DNA of 64,000 nt from Geosiphon pyriformis uo1 (lineage: Eukaryota > Fungi > Glomeromycota): NCBI GenBank assembly GCA_016748015.1, contig JAAOMT010000258.1:808173-872172 (forward strand), written 5' to 3'. Below, piece by piece: positions 52,631-64,000 of this stretch (position 1 is the stretch's first letter; each line of letters starts with the position of its first letter). A model generated the notes under the pieces. That model had not been told where the DNA came from, searched no databases, and saw only the letters and a list, made by a program, of their open reading frames with translations. The position numbers and the translations under genes are program-made.

Positions 52631-54105
52631 ATGGCACCCCAACAACTCTTTCACGCTTTATCTCACGATTTCGAGAGCTTATTGAATAGTCAGAATTTGT
52701 CTGATGTTAAGATTATTGTAGGCGAAGCGCCTAATACTAGAACTTTTCATGCTCATTCTCAAATTTTAGCGGCAAGATCCTCGTATTTTGCTATAGCACT
52801 CTCTGGTGATTGGGTTAAAAGAGAAAATAAGACTATCGTCTTTTCTAAACCTAATATATCGCCAGATATTTTTGAAAAAATTCTTCGGTGAGTAATTTTG
52901 TTTGCTTAATATTTCTATTCATGACTATTTAAATATTTTTATTTTATCTAGATACATTTATAGTGGTGAAATATCTCTTAATGAACACGGACCACTTACA
53001 ATCTTAGAATTGCTTATTGCCACTGACGAGCTTATTCTAGAAAAACTTACTGACCACCTTGAAGATTATTTAATTGAACATCATGCAAAAGAGTTGGAAG
53101 AAAATTTTGTTACCTTTCATGAAACATCCTTCATCCATCATTCGTTCAAAAAGCTACAAAAGTTCTGCACCGAAATAGCTGTCAAAAATCCATCTGCAGT
53201 CTTTAACTCTCAAGATTTTACCTCCCTTAATAAATATGCTCTTTGCTCAATTTTATCCCGGGATGACCTAAATATGGAAGAAAGTAAAATATGGGAAAAG
53301 ATTATAGAATGGGGAGTCGCTAAATTAAGCAATGGGATTCAATTGGAAAAAGTTCTTAATTGGATAGGTGAAAACTTTGAGAACTTCTACCTTTAATCCG
53401 GTTCTTTAACATCTTTTCAGTTGACTTTTATTATAAAGTAAAGCCATTTGCGAGAATTTTATCTGGAACCTTATATGAAGATCTTTTACACCATTATCTA
53501 GTACCAGGGAGTCATCAAAAATCTGTTGACGCTCAGCCATTACGGTTTTCACGATCAAATTTTGATTCAAGGCTTCTCCAATCGCATAATATAAAACAAC
53601 TCGATCATTGGATTCAAGGCAAAGACGAAAATACTCCTTTGGAAGATCAACTTGAAAATGAATTTAAATTACTACTTCGAGGCAGTCGAGACGGATTCTC
53701 ACCAAATGATTTTCATCGGTTATGTGATAACAAAGGAGCAACAGTTACTGTAATCAAAGTCAAAGGGACTGGTCAATTGATTGGCGGCTATAACCCAGAA
53801 TCTTGGCATTCTCGTGGCGAATTGATAGATGGAGAGGGAAATTTTATTTTTTCCCTTGGAGATGGCAAAGCTCAAAATGCCAAACTTAGCAAGTTGATTA
53901 GCAAAAATGGACCTTTTTGTCATAAAGAGTTTGGACCCCAATTTGGCAATTATAGTATTCGAACCCAGAGCAGTAATTTTCAATCTATTCCATGCAGTTG
54001 TAAAAAGGAAACAAATTATGAGCACATTATAATGCCTGGGTCAGAAAATACAGCGGTAGAAATTTATTTGATGATTATGAGGTTTTTCAAATCATCAAAA
54101 ATTAA
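52631..54105 (+). pseudogene. BTB/POZ-BACK-TLDc gene with two frameshifts (probable pseudogene)
   Basis: BTB exon 52631-~52888, intron, then YIYSG…. Frame break at ~53380 (ENFE / ELLPLIRFFNI continues in another frame) and at ~54060 (terminal DDYEVFQIIKN* is out of frame with the 53639 ORF). Confidence 0.85.
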
Positions 54106-56087
54106 ATCACTGGATTAGATATTTTCTTAAGGTTAAGCTAAATAGGACTCCTAATTTTGAAATTTGTACTTACAGAATCATTTATAGTCAATCGCTCTTG
54201 TCCCCTTCCAAGAAAGCCAAATTCGCAAATAAAATCTTATTTTAAACGCAGTACATTCTAAATAGGATTATTAATGAATCTTTTTTTAGAGAACAGTTTC
54301 TTACTTTTTGAATAAAAACATAAGAATTACCCACATCAAATTTTAATATCGAGCGATCTTTCGAAGTTTAGGCATAAGTCAAACTCAATAAACAATACGT
54401 TATCAAAACAAAAGTCGAGATTAAATAGCGATAGAAAATAATAAATTTGGATAAAAAGTTAAATATACGTAACTGGTATAAGTTTTCCTAAAAAAAGCAA
54501 TATATATATAACTTTTTGTTATGATGGAACTTGTAAGATATGTTATATTTATAAAAATCAGTGATTGATTTCAGAAAATATGATATATTTATAAATATCA
54601 AATAGTTATTAATTTTTCTTTTAATATATTTTTCAGTTTGATAAATAGAGCCTAATTTTAATAAACCCAAACACATTAATCTATTCAGAAGCCAGATATT
54701 TATAATTTTTATTATAATCTGACTTTATGGTGTCTGCATAAAATTTAGGTAATCTAATTTCTAATTATATCCACATATATTAAGAAACACATATCAAAGA
54801 AAAATAAATGTTGGTAATGAATGGGGATTCCAATAGTATAACAATCCGAAGCATAGCCAAAAAATAATTTTAAATTTTTTTCCGAAATGATGGTAATGTA
54901 AAACAACGAATGCCAGGATATCTATTAGAATTTGAGCATTTTGTAATGAAAAAGCGAGAAGATATTTTGCATGATATTTTAAATAAGTTAAGTAACTACT
55001 AATAAAACTTGGGACTGTACATATTATAAGTATAACCATTTTCAATTACCGAACGAGCCATTTAGTGTAAAACTGTCATTACACAATGTAATTGTTATCC
55101 TTATTATCATTATCATTATTCTATTATTATACACTTAATATTTAATATTTAATTTACTTTATAAATTCCAACTTATAGATTTTAAAGAATCTGTCTATCC
55201 CCTTGAAAGCAAGAATATAAAAAAATTGAGAATATAATTAAATTTAATTATATAATGCTTATTATTTGACTATGTTGGAATGACTCTTAATAAATGTAAT
55301 AGCAATCTTTTCATAAGATATATATTTATTCTATATTATATTGACTGTACCATTTTTTATACTCCATTCAATATATTTTAAAATACATTGTATATATTTT
55401 AGAGTTATTATTATTTTTTATTTTTTAAATTTATTAATAATTTTTATAAAAATTAAAGTCAAAAATTCTTAAGGTGGTTTAATAAATGCTATAATATAAA
55501 TTATCATTCAAAAAAAGATTCTGTTTATAAAATTCAATTATATTGTGGTGTGAAAATTGCAAAATTCAAATATGAAAACATTGAATTAATAATTAAATTC
55601 ATTAAAAATATTTTTGGTTTATTAATAAAAATTATTATAAAAATATTGGTCTTAATGTTTATAATCAAATTATCAAATTTGTTAAATATATGTTAATACT
55701 GAATCTAAAAGCTAGTTCGTTTTTAAATTTTGATTTTTGATAAATTAAATTAGTTTTCATTTAAATTTGGTCTATAAATTGATAATTATTAATATACCAC
55801 ATCAATTTGAAATATACTGTGGCAGATTTAATATAAATTTAAGTTTTATAAAGTGCGTAAAATTATATTCTGACTTTATTAAATTTATTAATTTTTTCTT
55901 TAAGGAAATATACATCACAAATTTTTTTTGAAGTGTTTACTTTTTTAATGGGTCGAATAATTTTATAACAAAGTCTACCATATATAAATTACAAAAATAA
56001 CTGGTTGAAAAATAAATTATTTGAGCAGTTAAAAGACAATTTATATAAACTAGGCCTTGATGATTTATTGCCAGAAATTTTTGTAAT

Positions 56088-56262
56088 GAAATAGCTTTTA
56101 ACAATGCAGCTATAATCTTTAACTCTTGAGATTTTACCTCCTTTAATAAAATACTTTTTCCTTGCTTTTATCCCGGGATGACTTAAATAAGAACAGAAGC
56201 AAAATATAGAGAAAATTATGGAATGGGGAGTCGCTAAATCAAGCAATGGCTTCAATTGGAAA
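56088..56262 (+). pseudogene. Degraded BACK-domain fragment, sister copy of ~53173-53350
   Basis: Shared nucleotide blocks in the same order: gaaatagct, tctttaactct, agattttacctcc, ttttatcccgggatgac, gaatggggagtcgctaaat, aagcaatgg, ttcaattggaaa. Confidence 0.85.
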
Positions 56263-56374
56263 GAGAGAGCTTTAAGGCTTTATTGAAATATCTGAAACTA
56301 ATATTTTTATTTCCTAGCTTAATAAATTACTTTTGTAAAATTTGATAGTTTGATAAAAATACGAATTTCGAGTT

Positions 56375-56822
56375 TTAATGTAAACAAATCCCATTTTAAG
56401 TTTAGAAATGCCATTGTAGATCCCCAGCTGCGGCTGCCTTCTGATACCAATAGAATGCCTTTAGACTATTCGCATTAATTCCTCGTCACTGTTTATAGCA
56501 ACTGGTAAGATTAATCTGGACTACAAGATTACCCAGTCTTGGCTGCTTTTTTGAACTAGACAAAAACTTGGTGCTTATCTTGACTGGTTCCAACCAAGGC
56601 AATATAACAATACCCGTATCGAGCTTGACCAAATGAATAACCAGTTTCAGTGCTTTTTTTGTTAGAAATTAAAGGCTTGCTATTCATCAGATATTGTGCC
56701 CAATCCGTAGTTATAAAGATACCTAAGCAGACGAGCAAATTTTGGCTGATGAATTTTCTTGGAGGCAAGTTGAAAAATGCATTCAATAATTTGATTTTGT
56801 GAGAAAATTTACTCTTTGACAT
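56375..56822 (-). pseudogene. Sel1-like repeat (SLR) protein relic
   Basis: Across frames: YNYGLGTISDE*QAFNF*QK, GYSFGQARYGYCY..LVGTSQDKHQVFV*FKKAA, KAFYWYQKAAAAGD. About three Sel1 repeats with stops and frameshifts. Confidence 0.82.
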
Positions 56823-57516
56823 CTCGAACTACATAAAAATCTGATTTTTCCTATTTTTTTATTCTTTTTTCAAAAATTTCTTTTTTTAGTAAAAATTTTA
56901 AAGTAATAGTTACAAAAACATATTTTCATCTATTTGTACAAAAAACTTAATTAGACTTTCATATTTCGGTAAATTTGATATTCTCTTTTTAAAAAGGTTT
57001 GATCGAAATTATTCTTAAAACCCAGTCCCCTTTGCTAACTGATAGAAATTGCTAGAATTTTCAGCTTCAAGAAAAAAAAGAACCATAACACCAGTCATCT
57101 TTACAAGCACTGCCTATAGTATCCCCCTTCTATAGTACCCTTAATATTTACAAATATTGACACAGGAGTTCTGTAATTAAGATTCGAAACAATAATGATG
57201 ATAACAGGGATATGGCAGGGAGATGACAAAAAAAAATTTCTCACTTAGGAAAATTTTAAGGGTTCGAAGTTTGTGCTTTACGCCCATGTAGTTTGTGTAA
57301 ACCTGGCACCTCTAACATGAGATAGATCTTGATCGACATTTTCTATATTCCATTTTATCTTCGCTCATAAAAAAAATAGTGATTAAAAATATTTTTGATC
57401 AAAACAACAAATCTTTTTTGGTTAAGATGAGCTGCTGTTCTAAAATTACATCACTTCGAAGGGGGCTATGTTTATGACTAATGACCCAATAATTCGAAAA
57501 AAATTTTATACAAAAC

Positions 57517-57840
57517 AGTCCTTCCTTCCTTTATCGTTCCATTCCTTCCCCTTATCGCTTCTCTTCATTTCTTTATCACTTCGCTTCCCTTCCTTCCTTT
57601 CCTTCCTTTATCATCTCCCTTCCTTCTTCCTTTCTTTATTGCTTCCCTTCCTTCTCTTCTTTATTGCTTTCCTTCTTTCTCCTCCTTTCTTTATCGCTTC
57701 CCTTCTTTCTTTTTCTTTCTTTATCACTTCCCTTCCTTCATTCTTTCCCTTCCTTTTTTTCGTCCCCCCTTTCTTCCATTCTCTTTTTTTTTCTTTTTTT
57801 TGTTCTCCCTTCCTGTCTTTTTCTCTCTCTTCATTCCTAT
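57517..57840. repeat. Polypyrimidine/polypurine low-complexity tract with imperfect ctttatcgcttcccttcc units
   Basis: About 320 bp almost entirely C/T on the + strand, with recurring ctttat(c/t)(g/a)cttc. Confidence 0.85.
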
Positions 57841-58149
57841 ATAAGGTGAGTTTTGCTGTGTATTGTACTTGTTAAAAAGTTTAAACATTAAAAAATAAAA
57901 AATAAAAAAATGATTTTTCGGGCGATTTTTTAGGATAATTGTAGATCACCTCTATAATTATCTTGGACTTGTCGCGTGCACATTTTTCTTCTTAATTAAT
58001 CACAAATACAAACTTGATCATGTAACAATGCTCATATATACATCTTTTTTATAAATGACTTATTTACAACAAAAGGCTTTTGCCCTTTTTTCCTGCCCTT
58101 TCTCTCTCTCTCTTTTTTCTTATGTAATTTTTCAAGGTGAGTTTCACTG

Positions 58150-59155
58150 GAAGGTCTATCAGATGTTCAATGAAAGTTGGCTGTGGTTTTTTTAATAATA
58201 AAAGAAGAATGTTTTTAACAAACCCCTTGCAGCATATCAGATGATTGAAGATTTATTAGGTGATCAACAAAGTTGGTCATGGTTTTCTTATTGATTGAAG
58301 AGAAATTTTTCCAACAAATCTTTTGTAACATATTAGATAATTGAAGATCTATCAAGTGCTCAATAAAAGTTGACTGTGATTTTTAAACAATAGAAAAGAA
58401 ATATTTTCAACAAACCTCTTGTGGCACACCAGATAATGGAAAATTTATTAAGTGCTCAATGAAAGTTGGCTATGGTCTTCTAAATAATAGAAGAGAAATG
58501 TTTCCAACAAATTTTTTACAGCATACCAGATGATAAAAAATCTATTAGACGCTCAATAAAAGTTGGCCATGATCTTTTAAATGATAGAAAAGAATGTTTT
58601 CAACAAACCTCTTGTGACATACCAGATAATGAAAGGTTTATTAGGTCTTAATAAAAATTGACCATGGTTTTTTAAATAATAAAAAAGAAATGTTTCCAAC
58701 AAACTCTTTGTAACACATCAGATAACAAAAGATTTATTAAGTGCTCAACAAAAGTTAGCTGTGGTTTTTTAAATGGTAAAAAAAGAATATTTTTAATAAA
58801 TTCTTTATAGCACATTAAATAACAAAAGATCTATTAGGTGCCTAATAAAAGTCGGCTATAGTCTTTTAAATAATAGAAGAAAAATGTTTTTAACAAATCT
58901 CTTATGGCATATCAGATGACAGAAAATTTATTAGGTGTTTAATAAAAAGTCGGCTATAGTCTTTTAAATAATAGAAGAAGAATGTTTTCAACAAACTTCT
59001 TGTAACACACCAAATAATTAAAGGTTTATCAAGTGTTCAACAAAAAGTTTGCCATAGTTTTCTTATCAAAAGAAAAAGAATGTTGCTAACAGACTCTTGC
59101 AGCATACTAAATGGCAAAAAATTTAAGCAGTATTAAATAAAAGATTTGCCATATT
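58150..59155. repeat. Degenerate ~97-bp tandem repeat array (~10-11 units)
   Basis: The anchor motif aaagt(t/c)gg or a variant recurs at ~58173, 58269, 58366, 58462, 58559, 58655, 58751, 58848, 58946, 59044 and ~59140 (period 96-98). Confidence 0.92.
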
Positions 59156-62100
59156 TTTAATCTTTGCTCTTTCATGTGTTACTAAAACTTACTCTTTTTT
59201 TTGTCTTGTAATTATAGAAATAAAATAACAAAAACAAATTAATTACTTTAATACACAATTTAAATTACAAGAAATAAAACCTAGTTTTTTTGTAGCAAAA
59301 AAGAATGAAAAGCTCACAACTATTAAAAATAAAAAAATATTTACATTGTCTTATTATTTTATAGTAGTTTATAGATAAGTTTATCAAAAAGAAAAAAAAT
59401 ATGAATGATAAGAATTTTTTATTCAATTGTGTAAAAGTGAAATGGTGGTTTTAGCATTCTAATATTACCAATAAAATGCAAAAAGTTAATTCAAAACCAA
59501 ATTTAGATTGATGTGTTATATAGTCAAGTTTCGCAAAGAAAATACATGAAAACTACTAATATTAATGTCACTTCTAGTCGTAAAAAGCTACTTAGACTTA
59601 TAATTTTTTTAGGTTTCATTCTTTATTTATATTAACAAATATTTAGTTACTGAAAATTTTTCTACTCTTTTCTTAATATTGTTAATATTATTTTGTTGCT
59701 AATTCTGCTGTTGATAGAAGTCAATAAACCTCTAATAAGCTAATTATTCTTCCAAAGTATTTCTCTATACTTTAGACTGTGTATGCTGTTGGGTTTATAA
59801 TGGAATAGCCAATTCTGTACCAATTACTTGTATAGTTACTTTATGGTAAAAGTTGACTTTTTTACAGGAAAATCTTGTCTTTAAGCTCTTCAAAAATATG
59901 TGTAGTTATTTTGCTGCAAAATTCAACTTTTCTACAGGAAGTCTTGACTGTAAGCTATCTAAATAATAATAAAAAATAATAAAAAATAAACTAAAGACAA
60001 AAAATAAGAAAATGTGTCAAGGAAGTTGTTTTAGATTTAGGCCTGGAAGTTTCTAACAGTTACTGAAATGAGTGCTAATCAATTTCAAAATGTTAGTATG
60101 GAAGGATTAATTTTATAACAGAAATAATTAAGAATTTTTATGCTTTTCAAAGTAAGTTTTATTGGAATTGATTTGTATAGAAGATACTGAGAAAGATATT
60201 GGTTCTAATTAAGATACATTTTCTCGAAAAGAGAAGCTCTTCTTTTATACAACTTGTTGTAATACTATTCAATGATCTAGCACTCTTTTTTTTTCTGACA
60301 TTTTGGCAAACTAAAGTACATTTTGTTGAACTACAAGTTATTTCTGCAAACTATAGATTATTTTGGTAAACTGTTAAGTATTTCATCAAATTACTAAATA
60401 TTTCGATGAATTCTGAATGTTACATAGTTCGGTCTAATCATCACACAATTTGGTTATATTTGTGTTCTGTACAAATCGGGTTATTAATTGAATAATAATT
60501 CGGATAATTTAATAAGATAATAAGTAATAAATTGAAACAATAATATATGCTAATTAATGATAGGAATTATAAAGATAATTTCATACTAAATAATATCTCA
60601 AATTTCGGCTGGTAACAATGTTAATTATTTAATATAAATAGATTACTAGTTTTTGCATTTTGAAGAAAACATTAAGTGGTAAGATTGGTCATTTAAATTA
60701 GACAAAATCTAAAATGTCCAACTTAAAGTCTAAATATTCAGAAAATTTGGAAGATTTTAATAATTTAGACAATTTTAAGTGGATCAAAAAGCAAGTTTTA
60801 ATATAGATTGTTGATTAAATTAGACATAGAAAAGACATATCTTAAGAGTATAAGGCAAGTAATATTCTATTAATTTATAAATGTAAACAATTTTATTTGA
60901 CCTAAAATTTTTTAAATTGTGGAGGGTACCAATATATTACTAATTTTACTAAATTATTACCAGTTAATAATTTATAAAATAAAAATGAATATGTTATAAG
61001 TAATTATTCTTATTAGAAGCTATTAATTTTTTTCTTATTGATTTTGTCTTTTAGTGTGCTAAATCACATCTTCTTATTTGAAGAAATTTTTACATCAAAA
61101 ACCCAAAAATGCTTTAATCATGAACTGTTAGTTTCAATTCAAAATGCTTTATCTACTCCAGAATCAATATAATTTCGAATTATTTCTGCCTTACGTAAAG
61201 TTTTTTATAAAAAACATGAAAAAAATATTTATTACACATTTATGGTGTTTAAATCATTTGCATTTCGATAGAAAATTATTAAAATCTGCTCAATTATATA
61301 GTAAAAGCTTTCAAAATACATCTAAACATTTTTTTACATTCTTATAAAAATTCTAATCTATTATAAAACAAATAAATTTGTGGAAAAGTACCTGATAGAG
61401 CAATAATGAGAACAAAATAAAACGTTTAATGTATAAAAGTCAAAATAAGAAATTATAATAAGATTGTGTTTGATTTTTTATAATTTTTTAATACTAGTCA
61501 CATATTAGTAACATGGAATAAATAATGCTGGGTCCTATTTTTTCATAATTTTTTATGGTAACTATAAAAAAAAATTTTAAATTAAAGTTCTTTAAACTAA
61601 ACTGGTATATAAAGTTGAAGTATCATGTACTTATTCTTCAAAAAAATTATTTTATAGTGATAAGATTACTGCTTACTTTTGCTGGCATCACAGTAAAAGT
61701 TGAAATTATATGTATATATACCATTATTAATTGATTTTACTATATGTTTATAATTTTAAATTTTTAAAATTTGTTAAACTTATTATTATTAAAGATATTT
61801 TTATAGTAATATATTGAATAAATACTGAATAATTTTTTGCTAATTAAAAAGCTTATTATTATTTTACTTGAATAATATTTGCTATTAAGTAAATTTTTGA
61901 AAATAACCAGTTTACTTTGAAAAATATAATGTTAATTTTTTTGAATTAATTTTTATTTATAGATCAAATAACAAGTTAATAAATAACAAAAAAATAATTA
62001 TTATGATTAGTCTTTAAAAAAATCTGAATATTAGAAATTGATTTATAATTGTTAATAAAAATAATACACTTATTATAATATTTATGTTTTAATTGACATT

Positions 62101-64000
62101 TTTTAATATCTAATAAAAGATGTTATTTGTTTTTTAATAATTATTTATTCTATAATTTTTTTTTAAATTAATAAATACAAATAAATTTAAAGATTGTTAT
62201 TTTTGATTTTAAAATAATCAATAAATCAAGTTAAAAATTTTATTAATAATTTAGTTAATAACTAATTTTAAAAAAAAGATGTTAGATTAATTATTAATAT
62301 TATATATTTATTATTAATTTAATTAAAAATAAATATCATAAAAAGAAATATTTTTACCTATAATAATCTTTACAATAAACTATGAATTTTGATTTAAAAA
62401 TTAATAAATTTGGTTAAATAAAAATTGTGGCTTTTAATAAGTTATTAAATCAATTATATAATTAAATAAAATATATAGTTTTTTATTAAACAATAGTTTA
62501 TTGCTTCTACAAATACAAAAAATTATGATAATTTGTTTTAAATTATAATTTGGTGTTTTTGAAACTATTTAAATAATATATTTATTTATTAACAGCTATT
62601 CAAAAATAGTTGTCATTTTAGCAAATATTTAATTTACTTTTTTATTAATAATTTGATTAAATATTTTGAATTTAGTTTTATTAAAAAAAATATTACTAAT
62701 TATTTCAATAATATTGTTTAAAGTTATAAACCAAAGTATATAATATAATATTCTTAATATTTAAGCTTTTTATTATATTAGCTTTAAATATTATGTTAAA
62801 ATTTTATTTTATAAATATTTTAATATATAGTTAAATTAATATTAATATTAAAAATTTAAATAAACTATTATAAATCAAATTTTTATAATAAATAATAAAT
62901 AAAATAATATTATATTGTAATAAAGATTTTGGTAAATTAAATTAAAGATAAAAAACACTTGAATATTTTAAACAATAAAATTATTAATATTATTTATATT
63001 AATTATTTTTATTTTTGGAATTAGTTATTAATCGAATTATTATTGTAATTATAGTAAGTTAAGTTTAAAAACAAAACTATAACTGATACTAATCTGTTTA
63101 AAAAATTAAGATTAAATTAAATTTTTTTTTTAGTTGTATTTAAGAATAATATTAATAAAATTTGTAAGTTAATTTATAAATATTTTAAAATAATTCAGAA
63201 TTTTTTTAATTAACTATTTTTATATTATTATTTTTAAATAATATTTTCTCAACAAATTAAGTTTGTTTAAGTTCTAAACAAAAAACATTTAAATTAATTT
63301 GTAGATATTCATTATTATTTTACAGTTTTTATTGGTTTTAAAAAAATATATATCTTTTTTGAGAAATTAAATATTTCATTTGTTTTTTAACAGTTTTTAA
63401 ATTCAGAATTTTATTTACTTAAATAAGTTTAAATTATAACAAAAAAATATAAAATCATTATGAATTCTAAATATATTAATAGTTTTAACTCTTAAGTTAC
63501 AAATTAATCTACTAAGTTATGTAAAATAGGCTGAACTTTTTATAATCTAACTTATTATAAAAATTAATAGTTTTAATATTGTATTACAAAAATCAAACTT
63601 TATTATTTATTTTAAATTTAGGTGTTTTTTGATATTATTTATTTTTTATACTTACTAATACTTTTTTTAAAGTTTTAAATTTTAATAATGTATTTTTTAA
63701 TCACAAAAATATTCAATTAAAATTTTATTTATAATTAATAACAAATAATATTATTTTCATCAAAATTTAAAACATACTATTATTTATAAACTTTGTTAAT
63801 AATAATAAATTAAGCCAATTGGCTTGTTAATAATTTATAAAAAAACATAAGTATTGTTCTAAAATTAATAAATATGTTTAACTTAACTATTGATTTAAAA
63901 GTAAAATACTAAAATCAAAAATTTTAATATTAAAAAGTTAAAAAATATGTTTTTAAAATTGAAAACAAATTAAAAATCATGATTTTAAACAATTGTATTT

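Noticed and set aside
54794-55045. Hydrophobic 83-aa ORF, possible membrane-protein relic
   Set aside because: Hydrophobicity is expected from AT-rich codons; non-ATG start and no family motif.
57468-57875. 135-aa Phe/Ser/Leu/Pro ORF
   Set aside because: Artefact of the polypyrimidine tract, which lacks stop codons.
58150-59155. CRISPR array or repeat-protein gene interpretation of the 97-bp array
   Set aside because: Whole units are homologous with no unique spacers, the context is eukaryotic with no cas genes, and the 96-98 bp period with frequent stops argues against coding.

Overview
Very AT-rich eukaryotic genomic DNA with short GT-AG introns. The gene content is typical of an arbuscular mycorrhizal fungus (Glomeromycotina): tyrosine-kinase-like kinases with the 'WTSGNxxID' N-terminus, BTB-BACK-TLDc genes and Sel1 repeats (taxon inferred from the families, not proven). 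Apparently intact genes: a tandem array of three paralogous, intronless, cysteine-free small secreted proteins (3.3-10.8 kb, - strand; probable stand-alone Kre9/Knh1-N-like Ig fold), a TKL kinase, a 6-exon universal stress protein, a dual-specificity phosphatase, a BTB-BACK-TLDc protein and an N-myristoylation-motif SAM methyltransferase. Decayed sequence: a TKL kinase pseudogene, a frameshifted BTB-TLDc gene plus a fragment of a sister copy, a Sel1-repeat relic, three Tc1/mariner transposase relics, a probable Fanzor/TnpB (IS607-type) 3' relic at ~28.8-29.0 kb, and a ~97-bp tandem array whose variants carry a clear cytosine-deamination signature. The strongest leads are the secreted-protein array (candidate effector or cell-wall family with patchwork identity) and the Fanzor relic. 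Exon boundaries were read by eye and are approximate.
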